64,000 bases of DNA. It comes from Eledone cirrhosa (taxonomy: Eukaryota). The notes below the pieces were generated by a model. It was given only the letters and a program-made list of their open reading frames with translations. It ran no database searches and was not told the origin of the DNA. The DNA is taken from NCBI GenBank assembly GCA_964016885.1, contig OZ024743.1, forward strand, positions 206,894,001 to 206,958,000, read 5' to 3'. Both the position numbers and the translations under genes were made by a program. Shown piece by piece: positions 24,801-39,800 of this stretch (the stretch's first letter is position 1; each line of letters opens with the position of its first letter).

Positions 24801-27800
24801 TGAAGGGAGCTCATCCCACTGGTCAGCTCTGACAGTGATCCTTGGTACCATATATACACTGCAGGGAGCTCATCCCACTGGTCAGCTCCAGCATACTGAT
24901 CCTTGGTACCATATATACACTGCTGGGAGCTCATCCCACTGGTGCGCTCTGATACTGATCCTTGGTACCATATATACATTGCAAGGATCTCATCCCACTG
25001 GTCAGCTCCAGCATACTGATCCTTGGTACCATATATTCACTGCAGGGAGCTCATCCAGATGGTCAGCTCTGATACTGATTCTTGATACCATACATACACT
25101 GCTGGGAGCTCATCCCACTGGTCAGCTCCATCATACTGATCATTGGCACCATATATACACTGCTGGGAGCTCATCCCACTGGTAAGCTCCAGCATACTGA
25201 TCCTTGGCACCATATATACACTGCTGGGAGCTCATCCCACTGGTCAGCTCCAGCATACTGATCCTTGGTACCATATATTCACTGCAGGGAGCTCATCCCA
25301 CTGGTCAGCTCTGATACTGATCCTTGGTACCATATATACACTGCTGGGAGCTCATCCCACTGGTCAGCTCTGATACTGATCCTTGGTAACATATATACAC
25401 TGCAACGAGCTCATCCCACTGGTCAGCTCCAGCATACTGATCCTTGGTACCATATATTCACTGCAGGGAGCTCATCCCACTGGTCAGCTCTGATACTGAT
25501 CCTTGGTACCATATATACACTGCAGGGAGCTCATCCCACTGGTCAGCTCTGATACTGATCCTTCGTACCATATATACACTGCTGGGAACTCATCCACTGG
25601 TCAGCTCTGATACTGATCCTTGGCACCATATATACACTGCTGGGAGCTCATCCCACTGGTCAGCTCCAGCATACTGATCCTTGGTACCATATATACGCTA
25701 CTGGGAGCTCATCCCACTGGTCAGCTCTGATACTGATACTGATACTTGGCACCATTATACACTGCTGGGAGCTCATCCCACTGGTCAGCTCCAGCATACT
25801 GATCCTTGGTACCATATATACACTGCTGGGAGCTCATCCCACTGGTCAGCTCCAGCATACTGATCCTTGGTACCACATATACACTGCTGGGAGCTCATCC
25901 CACTGGTCAGCTCTGATACTGTTCCTTGGTACCATATATACACTGCTGGGAGCTCAACCCACTGGTCAGCTCTGATACTGAGCCTTGGTACCATATATAC
26001 ACTGCTGGGAGCTCATCCCACTGGTCAGCTCCAGCATACTGATCCTTGGTACCATATATACACTGAAGGGAGCGCATCCCACTGGTCAGCTCTGACAGTG
26101 ATCCTTGGTACCATATATACACTGCAGGGAGCTCATCCCACTGGTCAGCTCTGACAGTGATCCTTGGTACGATATATACACTGCAGGGAGCTCATCCCAC
26201 TGGTCAGCTCTGATACTGATCCTTGGTACCATCTATACACTGAAGGGAGCTCATCCCACTGGTCAGCTCTGATACTGATCCTTGGTACCATATATACACT
26301 GCAGGGAGCTCATCCCACTGGTCAGCTCTGATACTGATCCTTGGTACCATATATACACTGAAGGGAGCTCATCCCACTGGTCAGCTCTGACAGTGATCCT
26401 TGGTACCATATATACACTGCAGGGAGCTCATCCCACTGGTCAGCTCCAGCATACTGATCCTTGGTACCATATATACACTGCTGGGAGCTCATCCCACTGG
26501 TGAGCTCTGATACTGATCCTTGGTACCATATATACACTGCAAGGAGCTCATCCCACTGGTCAGCTCCAGCATACTGATCCTTGGTACCATATATTCACTG
26601 CAGGGAGCTCATCCCACTGGTCAGCTCTGATACTGATCCTTGATACCATATATACACTGGTGGGAGCTCATCCCACTGGTCAGCTCTGATACTGATGCTT
26701 GGCACCATATATACACTACTGGGAGCTCATCCCACTGGTCAGCTCTGATACTGATCCTTGGTACCAGATAAACACTGAAAGGAGCTCATCCCACTGGTCA
26801 GCTCCAGCATACTGATCCTTGGTACCATATATACACTGCTGGGAGCTCATCAGACTGGTCAGCTCTGATACTGATCCTTGGTACCATATATACACTGAAG
26901 GGAGCTCATCTCACTGGTCAGCTCTGATACTGATCCTTGGTACCATATATACACTGCAGGGAGCTCATCCCACTGGTCAGATCTGATACTGATCCTTGGC
27001 ACCATATATACACTGAAAGGAGCCCATCCCACTGGTCAGCTCTGATACTGATCCTTGGTACCAGATAAACACTGAAAGGAGCTCATCCCACTGGTCAGCT
27101 TCAGCATACTGATCCTTGGTACCATATATACACTGCTGGAAGCTCATCCCACTGGTCAGCTCTGATACTGATCCTTGGTACCATATATACACTGAAGGGA
27201 GCTCATCCCACTGGTCAGCTCTGACACTGATCCTTGGTACCATATATACACTTAAGGGAGCTCATCTCAGTGGTCAACTCTGATACTGATCCTTGGTACC
27301 ATATATACACTACTGGGAGCTCATCCCACTGGTCAGCTCTGATACTGATCCTTGGTACCAATTATACACTGAAGGGAGCTCATCCCACTGGTCAGCTCTG
27401 ATACTGATCCTTTTTACCATATATACACTGCAGGGAGCTCATCCCACTGGTCAGCCCTGATACTGATCCTTGGCACCATATATACACTGAAGGGAGCTCA
27501 TCCCACTGGTCAGCTCTGATACTGATCCTTGGCACCATATATACACTGAAGGGAGCTCATCCCACTGGTCAGCACTGATACTGATCCTTTGCACCATATA
27601 TACACTGCAGAGAGCTCATCCCACTGGTCAGCTCTGATACTGATCCTTGGTACCATATATACACTGCTGGGAGCTCATCCACTGGTCAGTTCTGATACTG
27701 ATCCTTGGCACCATATATACACTGCTGGGAGCTCATCCCACTGGTCAGCTCCAGCATACTGATCCTTGGTACCATATATACGCTACTGGGAGCTCATCCC

Positions 27801-30800
27801 ACTGGTCAGCTCTGATACTGATACTGATTCTTCGCACCATTATACATTGCTGGGAGCTCATCCCACTGGTCAGCTCCAGCATACTGATCCTTGGTACCAT
27901 ATATACACTGCAGGGAGCTCATCCCACTGGTCAGCTCTGATACTGAGCCTTGGTACCATATATACACTGCTGGGAGCTCATCCCACTGGTCAGCTCCAGC
28001 ATACTGATCCTTGGTACCATATATACACTGCTGGGAGCTCAACCCACTGGTCAGCTCTGATACTGAACCTTGGTACCATATATACACTGCTGGGAGCTCA
28101 TCCCACTGGTCAGCTCCAGCATACTGATCCTTGATACCATATATACACTGAAGGGAGCTCATCCCACTGGTCAGCTCTGACAGTGATCCTTGGTACACTA
28201 CATACACTGCAGGGAGCTCATCCCACTGGTCAGCTCTGACAGTGATCCTTGGTACCATATATACACTGCAGGGAGCTCATCCCACTGGTCAGCTCTGATA
28301 CTGATCCTTGGTACCATCTATACACTGAAGGGAGCTCATCCCACTGGTCAGCTCTGATACTGATCCTTGGTAGCATATATACACTGCAGGGAGCTCATCC
28401 CACTGGTCAGATCTGATACTGATGCTTGGTAACATATATACACTGAAAGGAGCCCATCCCACTGGTCAGCTCTGATACTGATCCTTGGTACCAGATAAAC
28501 ACTGAAAGGAGCTCATCCCACTGGTCAGCTTCAGCATACTTATCCTTGGTACCATATATACACTGCAGGGAGCTCATCCCACTGGTCAGCTCTGATACTG
28601 ATCCTTGGTACCATATATACACTGAAGGGAGCTCATCCTACTGGTCAGTTCTGATACTGATCCTTGGTACCATATATACACTGCAGGGAGCTCATCCCAC
28701 TGGTCAGCTCCAGCATACTGATCCTTGGTACCCTATATACACTGCAGGGAGCTCATCCCACTGGTCAGCTCCAGCATACTGATCCTTGGTACCATATATA
28801 CACTGCAGGGAGCTCATCCCACTGGTCAGCTCTGATACTGATCCTTGGTACCATATATACACTGCTGGGAGCTCAACCCACTGGTCAGCTCTGATACTGA
28901 GCCTTGGTACCATATATACACTGCTGGGAGCTCATCCCCCTGGTCAGCTCCAGCATACTGATCCTTGGTACCATATATACACTGAAGGGAGCTCATCCCA
29001 CTGGTCAGCTCTGACAGTGATCCTTGGTACACTATATACACTGCAGGGAGCTCATCCCACTGGTCAGCTCTGACAGTGATCCTTGGTACCATATATACAC
29101 TGCAGGGAGCTCATCCCACTGGTCAGCTCTGATACTGATCCTTGGTACCATCTATACACTGAAGGGAGCTCATCCCACTGGTCAGCTCTGATACTGATCC
29201 TTGGTAGCATATATACACTGCAGGGAGCTCATCCCACTGATCAGATCTGATACTGATGCTTGCTACCATATATACACTGCAAGGATCTCATCCCACTGGT
29301 CAGCTCCAGAATACTGATCCTTGGTACCATATATTCACTGCAGGGAGCTCATCCAGATGGTCAGCTCTGATACTGATTCTTGATACCATATATACACTGC
29401 TGGGAGCTCATCCCACTGGTCAGCTCCATCATACTGATCATTGGCACCATATATACATTGCTGGGAGCTCATCCCACTGGTCAGCTCCAGCATACTGATC
29501 CTTGGCACCATATATACACTGCTGGGATCTCATCCCACTGGTCAGCTCCAGCATACTGATCCTTGGTACCATATATTCACTGCAGGGAGCTCATCCCACT
29601 GGTCAGCTCTGATACTGATCCTTGGTACCATATATACACTGCTGGGAGCTCATCCCACAGGTCAGCTCTGATACTGATCCTTGGTACCATATATACACTG
29701 CAAGGAGCTCATCCCACTGGTCAGCTCCAGCATACTGATCCTTGGTACCATATATTCACTGCAGGGAGCTCATCCCACTGGTCAGCTCTGATACTGATCC
29801 TTGGTACCATATATACACTGCAGGGAGCTCATCCCACTGGTCAGCTCTGATACTGATCCTTCGTACCATATATACACTGCTGGGAGCTCATCCACTGGTC
29901 AGCTCTGATACTGATCCTTGGCACCATATATACGCTACTGGGAGCTCATCCCACTGGTCAGCTCTGATACTGATACTGATACTTGGCACCATTATACACT
30001 GCTGGGAGCTCATCCCACTGGTCAGCTCCAGCATACTGATCCTTGGTACCATATATACACTGCTGGGAGCTCATCCCACTGGTCAGCTCCAGCATACTGA
30101 TCCTTGGTACCATATATACACTGCTGGGAGCTCATCCCACTGGTCAGCTCTGATACTGTTCCTTGGTACCATATATACACTGCTGGGAGCTCAACCCACT
30201 GGTCAGCCCTGATACTGAGCCTTGGTACCATATATACACTGCTGGGAGCTCATCCCACTGGTCAGCTCCAGCATACTGATCCTTGGTACCATATATACAC
30301 TGAAGGGAGCGCATCCCACTGGTCAGCTCTGACAGTGATCCTTGGTACCATATATACACTGCAGGGAGCTCATCCCACTGGTCAGCTCTGACAGTGATCC
30401 TTGGTACCATATATACACTGCAGGGAGCTCATCCCACTGGTCAGCTCTGATACTGATCCTTGGTACCATATATACACTGCTGGGAGCTCATCCCACTGGT
30501 CAGCTCCAGCATACTGATCCTTGGTACCATATATTCACTGCAGGGAGCTCATCCCACTGGTCAGCTCTGATACTGATCCTTGGTACCATATATACACTTC
30601 TGGGAGCTCATCCCACTGGTCAGCTCTGATACTGATGCTTGGCACCATATATACACTACTGGGAGCTCATCCCACTGGTCAGCTCAGACACTGATCCTTG
30701 GTACCATATATACACTTAAGGGAGCTCATCTCACTGGTCAGCTCTGATACTGATCCTTGGTACCATATATACACTGCAGGGAGCTCATCCCACTGGTCAG

Positions 30801-33800
30801 ATCTGATACTGATCCTTGGCACCATATATACACTGAAAGGAGCCCATCCCACTGGTCAGCTCTGATACTGATCCTTGGTACCAGATAAACACTGAAAGGA
30901 GCTCATCCCACTGGTCAGCTTCAGCATACTGATCCTTGGTACCATATATACACTGCTGGAAGCTCATCCCACTGGTCAGCTCTGATACTGATCCTTGGTA
31001 CCATATATACACTGAAGGGAGCTCATCCCACTGGTCAGCTCAGACACTGATCCTTGGTACCATATATACACTTAAGGGAGCTCATCTCACTGGTCAGCTC
31101 TGATACTGATCCTTGGTACCATATATACACTACTGGGAGCTCATCCCACTGGTCAGCTCTGATACTGATCCTTGGTACCATATATACACTGAAGGGAGCT
31201 CATCCCACTGGTCAGCTCTGATACTGATCCTTGGTACCATATATACACTGCAGGGAGCTCATCCCACTGGTCAGCTCTGATACTGATCCTTGGCACCATA
31301 TATACACTGAAGGGAGCTCATCCCACTGGTCAGCTCTGATACTGATCCTTTGCACCATATATACACTGCAGAGTGCTCATCCCACTGGTCACCTCTGATA
31401 CTGATCCTTGGTACCATATATACACTGCTGGGGGCTCATCCACTGGTCAGCTCTGATACTGATCCTTGGCACCATATATACACTGCTGGGAGCTCATCCC
31501 ACTGGTCAGCTCCAGCATACTGATCCTTGGTACCATATATACGCTACTGGGAGCTCATCCCACTGGTCAGCTCTGATACTGATACTGATACTTCGCACCA
31601 TTATACATTGCTGGGAGCTCATCCCACTGGTCAGCTCCAGCATACTGATCCTTGGTACCATATATACACTGCAGGGAGCTCATCCCACTGGTCAGCTCTG
31701 ATACTAAGCCTTGGTACCATATATACACTGCTGGGAGCTCATCCCACTGGTCAGCTCCAGCATACTGATCCTTGGTACGATATATACACTGCTGGGAGCT
31801 CAACCCACTGGTCAGCTCTGATACTGAGCCTTGGTACCATATATACACTGCTGGGAGCTCATCCCACTGGTCAGCTCCAGCATACTGATTCTTGGTACCA
31901 TATATACACTGAAGGTAGCTCATCCCACTGGTCAGCTCTGACAGTGATCCTTGGTACCATATATACACTGCAGGGAGCTCATCCCACTGGTCAGCTCTGA
32001 CAGTGATCCTTGGTACCATATATACACTGCAGGGAGCTCATCCCACTGGTCAGCTCTGATACTGATCCTTGGTACCATCTATACACTGAAGGGAGCTCAT
32101 CCCACTGGTCAGCTCTGATACTGATCCTTGGTAGCATATATACACTGCAGGGAGCTCATCCCACTGGTCAGATCTGATACTGATGCTTGGCAGCATATAT
32201 ACACTACTGGGAGCTCATCCCACTGGTCAGCTCTGATACTGATCCTTGGTACCAGATAAACACTGAAAGGAGCTCATCCCACTGGTCTGCTCCAGCATAC
32301 TGATCCTTGGTACCATATATACACTGCTGGGAGCTCATCCCACTGGTCAGCTCTGATACTGATCCTTGGTACCATATATACACTGAAGGGAGCTCATCTC
32401 ACTGGTCAGCTCTGATACTGATCCTTGGTACCATATATACACTGCTGGGAGCTCATCCCACTGGTCAGATCTGATACTGATCCTTGGCACCATATATACA
32501 CTGAAAGGAGCCCATCCCACTGGTCAGCTCTGATACTGATCCTTGGTACCAGATAAACACTGAAAGGAGCTCATCCCACTGGTCAGCTTCAGCATACTGA
32601 TCCTTGGTACCATATATACACTGCAGGGAGCTCATCCCACTGGTCTGCTCTGATACTGATCCTTGGTACCATATATACACTGAAGGGAGCTCATCCCACT
32701 GGTCAGTTCTGATACTGATCCTTGGTGCCATATATACACTGAAGGGAGCTCATCCCACTGGTCAGCTCTGACAGTGATCCTTGGTACCATATATACACTG
32801 CAGGGAGCTCATCCCACTGGTCAGCTCCAGCATACTGATCCTTGGTACCATATATACACTGCTGGGAGCTCATCCCACTGGTGAGCTCTGATACTGCTCC
32901 TTGGTACCATATATACACTGCAAGGATCTCATCCCACTGGTCAGCTCCAGCATACTGATCCTTGGTACCATATATTCACTGCAGGGAGCTCATCCAGATG
33001 GTCAGCTCTGATACTGATTCTTGATACCATATATACACTGCTGGGAGCTAATCCCACTGGTCAGCTCCATCATACTGATCATTGGCACCATATATACACT
33101 GCTGGGAGCTCATCCCACTGGTCAGCTCCAGCATACTGATCCTTGGCACCATATATACACTGCTGGGATCTCATCCCACTGGTCAGCTCCAGCATACTGA
33201 TACTTGGTACCATATATACACTGCATGGCGCTCATCCCACTGGTCAGCTCTGATACTGATCCTTTGTACCATATATACCTGCTGGGAGCTCATCCCACTG
33301 GTCAGCTCTGATACTGATCCTTTGTACCATATATACCTGCTGGGAGCTCATTCCACTGGTCAGCTCCAGCATACTGATCCTTGGTACCATATATACACTG
33401 CAGGGAGCTCATCCCACATGTCAGCTCTGATATTGATCCTTGGTACTATATATTCGCTGCAGGGAGCTCATCCCACTGGTCAGCTCTGATACTGATCCTT
33501 GGTACCATCTATACACTGAAGGGAGCTCATCCCACTGGTCAGCTCTGATTCTGATCCTTGGTACCATATATACACTGCAGGGACCTCATCCCACTGGTCA
33601 GCTCTGATACTGATGCTTGGCGCCATATATACACTACTGGGAGCTCATCCCACTGGTCAGCTCTGATACTGATCCTTGGTACCAGATAAACACTGAAAGG
33701 AGCTCATCCCACTGGTCAGCTCCAGCATACTGATCCTTGGTACCATATATACACTGCTGGGAGCTCATCCGACTGGTCAGCTCTGATACTGATCCTTGGT

Positions 33801-36800
33801 ACCATATATACACTGAAGGGAGCTCATCCCACTGGTCAGCTCTGACACTGATCCTTGGTACCATATGTACACTGAAGGGAGCTCATCCCACTGGTCAGCT
33901 CTGATACTGATCCTTGGTACCATATATACACTGTAGGGAGCTTATCCCACTGGTCAGCTCTGATACTGATCCTTGGCACCATATATACACTGAAGGGATC
34001 TCATCCCACTGGTCAGCTCTGATACTGATCCTTTGCACCATATATACACTGCAGAGAGCTCATCCCACTGGTCAGCTCTGATACTGATACTGATACTTCG
34101 CACCATTATACATTGCTGGGAGCTCATCCCACTGGTCAGCTCCAGCATACTGATCCTTGGTACCATATATACACTGCTGGGAGCTCAACCCACTGGTCAG
34201 CTCTGATACTGAGCCTTGGTACCATATATACACTGCTGGGAGCTCATCCCACTGGTCAGCTCCAGCATACTGATCCTTGGTACCATATATACACTGAAGG
34301 GAGCCTATCCCACTGGTCAGCTCTGACAGTGATCCTTGGTACCATATATACACTGCAGGGAGCTCATCCCACTGGTCAGCTCTGACAGTGATCCTTGGTA
34401 CCATATATACACTGCAGGGAGCTCATCCCACTCGTCAGCTCTGATACTGATCCTTGGTACCATCTATACACTGAAGGGAGCTCATCCCACTGGTCAGCTC
34501 TGATACTGATCCTTGGTAGCATATATACACTGCAGGGAGCTCATCCCACTGGTCAGATCTGATACTGATGCTTGGCACCATATATACACTACTGGGAGCT
34601 CATCCCACTGGTCAGCTCTGATACTGATCCTTGGTACCAGATAAACACTGAAAGGAGCTCATCCCACTGGTCAGCTCCAGCATACTGATCCTTGGTACCA
34701 TATATACACTGCTGGGAGCTCATCCCACTGGTCAGCTCTGATACTGATCCTTGGTACCATATATACACTGAAGGGAGCTCATCTCACTGGTCAGCTCTGA
34801 TACTGATCCTTGGTACCATATATACACTGCAGGGAGCTCATCCCACTGGTCAGCTCTGATACTGATCCTTGGTACCATATATACACTGCAGGGAGCTCAT
34901 CTCACTGGTCAGCTCTGATACTGATCCCTGGCACCATATATACACTACTGGGAGCTCATCCCACTGATCAGCTCCAGCATACTGATCCTTGGTACCATAT
35001 ATACACTGAAGGGAGCTCATCCCACTGGTGAGCTCTGATACTGATCCTTGGCACCATATATACACTGAAAGGAGCCCATCCCACTGGTCAGCTCCAGCAT
35101 ACTGATCCTTGGTACCAGATAAACACTGAAAGGAGCACATCCCACTGGTCAGCTTCAGCATACTGATCCTTGGTACCATATATACACTGCAGGGAGCTCA
35201 TCCCACTGGTCAGCTCTGATACTGATCCTTGGTACCATATATACACTGAAGGGAGCTCATCCCACTGGTCAGTTCTGATACTGATCCTTGGTGCCATATA
35301 TACACTGAAGGGAGCTCATCCCACTGGTCAGCTCTGACAGTGATCCTTGGTACCATATATACACTGCAGGGAGCTCATCCCACTGGTCAGCTCCAGCATA
35401 CTGATCCTTGGTACCATATATACACTGCAAGGATCTCATCCCACTGGTCAGCTCCAGCATACTGATCCTTGGTACCATATATTCACTGCAGGGAGCTCAT
35501 CCAGATGGTCAGCTCTGATACTGATTCTTGATACCATATATACACTGCTGGGAGCTCATCCCACTGGTCAGCTCCAGCATACTGATCCTTGGCACCATAT
35601 ATACACTGCTGGGATCTCATCCCACTGGTCAGATACAGCATACTGATACTTGGTACCATATATACACTGCAGGGAGCTCATCCCACTGGTCAGCTCTGAT
35701 ACTGATCCTTTGTACCATATATACCTGCTGGGAGCTCATCCCACTGGTCAGCTCCAGCATACTGATCCTTGGTACCATATATACACTGCAGGGAGCTCAT
35801 CCCACAGGTCAGCTCTGATATTGATCCTTGGTACTATATATTCGCTGCAGGGAGCTCATCCCACTGCTCAGCTCTGATACTGATCCTTGGTACCATCTAT
35901 ACACTGAAGGGAGCTCATCCCACTGGTCAGCTCTGATACTGATCCTTCGTACCAGATAAACACTGAAAGGAGCTCATCCCAATGGTCAGCTTCAGCATAC
36001 TGATCCTTGGTACCATATATACACTGCTGGAAGCTCATCCCACTGGTCAGCTCTGATACTGATCCTTGGTACAATATATACACTGAAGGGAGCTCATCCC
36101 ACTGGTCAGCTCTGACACTGATCCTTGGTACCATATATACACTTAAGGGAGCTCATCCCACTGGTCAGCTCTGATACTGATCCTTGGTACCATATATTCA
36201 CTGCAGGGAGCTCATCCCACTGGTCAGCTCTGATACTGATCCTTGGTACCATATATACACTTCTGGAAGCTCATCCCACTGGTCAGCTCTGATACTGATG
36301 CTTGGCACCATATATACACTACTGGGAGCTCATCCCACTGGTCAGCTCAGACACTGATCCTTGGTACCATATATACACTTAAGGGAGCTCATCCCACTGG
36401 TCAGATCTGATACTGATCCTTGGCACCATATATACACTGAAAGGAGCCCATCCCACTGGTCAGCTCTGATACTGATCCTTGGTTCCAGATAAACACTGAA
36501 AGGATCTCATCCCACTGGTCAGCTTCAGCATACTGATCCTTGGTACCATATATACACTGCGGGAAGCTCATCCCACTGGTCAGCTCTGATACTGATCCTT
36601 GGTACCATATATACACTGAAGGGAGCTCATCCCACTGGTCAGCTCAGACACTGATCCTTGGTACCATATATACACTTAAGGGAGCTCATCTCACTGGTCA
36701 GCTCTGATACTGATTCTTGGTACCATATATACACTACTGGGAGCTCATCCCACTGGTCAGCTCTGATACTGATCCTTGGTACCATATATACACTGAAGGG

Positions 36801-39800
36801 AGCTCATCCCACTGGTCAGCTCTGATACTGATCCTTGGTACCATATATACACTGCAGGGAGCTCATCCCACTTGTCAGCTCTGATACTGATCCTTGGCAC
36901 CATATATACACTGAAGGGAGCTCATCCCACTGGTCAGCTCTGATACTGATCCTTGGCACCATATATACACTGAAGGGAGCTCATCCCACTGGTCAGCTCT
37001 GATACTGATCCTTTGCACCATATATACACTGCAGAGTGCTCATCCCACTGGTCACCTCTGATAGTGATCCTTGGTACCATATATACACTGCTGGGAGCTC
37101 ATCCACTGGTCAGCTCTGATACTGATCCTTGGTACCATATATACACTGCTGGGAGCTCATCCCACTGGTCAGCTCCAGCATACTGATCCTTGGTACCATA
37201 TATACGCTACTGGGAGCTCATCCCACTGGTCAGCTCTGATACTGATACTGATACTTCGCACCATTATACATTGCTGGGAGCTCATCCCACTGGTCAGCTC
37301 CAGCATACTGATCCTTGGTACCATATATACACTGCAGGGAGCTCATCCCACTGGTCAGCTCTGATACTAAGCCTTGGTACCATATATACACTGCTGGGAG
37401 CTCATCCCACTGGTCAGCTCCAGCATACTGATCCTTGGTACCATATATACACTGCTGGGAGCTCAACCCACTGGTCAGCTCTGATACTGAGCCTTGGTAC
37501 CATATATACACTGAAGGTAGCTCATCCCACTGGTCAGCTCTGACAGTGATCCTTGGTACCATATATACACTGCAGGGAGCTCATCCCACTGGTCAGCTCT
37601 GACAGTGATCCTTGGTACCATATATACACTGCAAGGAGCTCATCCCACTGGTCAGCTCTGATACTGATCCTTGGTACCATCTATACACTGAAGGGAGCTC
37701 ATCCCACTGGTCAGCTCTGATACTGATCCTTGGTAGCATATATACACTGCAGGGAGCTCATCCCACTGGTCAGATCTGATACTGATGCTTGGCAGCATAT
37801 ATACACTACTGGGAGCTCATCCCACTGGTCAGCTCTGATACTGATCCTTGGTACCAGATAAACACTGAAAGGAGCTCATCCCACTGGTCAGCTCCAGCAT
37901 ACTGATTCTTGGTACCATATATACACTGCTGGGAGCTCATCCCACTGGTCAGCTCTGATACTGATCCTTGGTACCATATATACACTGAAGGGAGCTCATC
38001 TCACTGGTGAGCTCTGATACTGATCCTTGGTACCATATATACACTGCTGGGAGCTCATCCCACGGGTCAGATCTGATACTGATCCTTGGCACCATATATA
38101 CACTGAAAGGAGCCCATCCTACTGGTCAGCTCTGATACTGATCCTTGGTACCAGATAAACACTGAAAGGAGCTCATCCCACTGGTCAGCTTCAGCATACT
38201 GATCCTTGGTACCATATATACACTGCAGGGAGCTCATCCCACTGGTCAGCTCTGATACTGATCCTTGGTACCATATATACACCGAAGGGAGCTCATCCCA
38301 CTGGTCAGTTCTGATACTGATCCTTGGTGCCATATATACACTGAAGGGAGCTCATCCCACTGGTCAGCTCTGACAGTGATTCTTGGTACCATATATACAC
38401 TGCAGGGAGCTCATCCCACTGGTCAGCTCCAGCATACTGATCCTTGGTACCATATATACACTGCTGGGAGCTCATCCCACTGGTGAGCTCTGATACTGAT
38501 CCTTGGTACCATATATACACTGCAAGGATCTCATCCCACTGGTCAGCTCCAGCATACTGATCCTTGGTACCATATATTCACTGCAGGGAGCTCATCCAGA
38601 TGGTCAGCTCTGATACTGATTCTTGATACCATATATACACTGCTGGGAGCTCATCCCACTGGTCAGCTCCATCATACTGATCATTGGCACCATATATACA
38701 CTGCTGGGAGCTCATCCCACTGGTCAGCTTCAGCATACTGATACTTGGTACCATATATACACTGCAGGGAGCTCATCCCACTGGTCAGCTCTGATACTGA
38801 TCCTTTGTACCATATATACCTGCTGGGAGCTCATCCCACTGGTCAGCTCTGATACTGATCCTTTGTACCATATATACCTGCTGGGAGCTCATCCCACTGG
38901 TCAGCTCTGATACTGATCCTTTGTACCATATATACACTGCAGGGAGCTCATCCCACATGTCAGCTCTGATAGTGATCCTTGGTACAATATATTCGCTGCA
39001 GGGAGCTCATCCCACTGGTCAGCTCTGATACTGATCCTTGGTACCATCTATACACTGAAGGGAGCTCATCCCACTGGTCAGCTCTGATTCTGATCCTTGG
39101 TACCATATATACACTGCAGGGAGCTCATCCCACTGGTCAGCTCTGATACTGATCCTTGGTACCAGATAAACACTGAAAGGAGCTCCTACCACTGGTCAGC
39201 TCCAGCATACTGATCCTTGGTACCATATATACACTGCTGGGAGCTCATCCGACTGGTCAGCTCTGATACTGATCCTTGGTACCATATATACACTGAAGGG
39301 AGCTCATCCCACTGGTCAGCTCTGACACTGATCCTTGGTACCATATGTACACTGAAGGGAGCTCATCCCACTGGTCAGCTCTGATACTGATCCTTGGTAC
39401 CATATATACACTGCAGGGAGCTCATCCCACTGGTCAGCTCTGATACTGATCCTTGGCACCATATATACACTGAAGGGAGTTCATCCCACTGGTCAGCTCT
39501 GATACTGATCCTTGGCACCATATATACACTGAAGGGAGCTCATCCCACTGGTCAGCTCTGATACTGATCCTTTGCACCATATATACACTGCAGAGAGCTC
39601 ATCCCACTGGTCAGCTCTGATACTGATACTGATACTTCGCACCATTATACATTGCTGGGAGCTCATCCCACTGGTCAGCTCCAGCATACTGATCCTTGGT
39701 ACCATATATACACTGCTGGGAGCTCAACCCACTGGTCAGCTCTGATACTGAGCCTTGGTACCATATATACACTGCTGGGAGCTCATCCCACTGGTCAGCT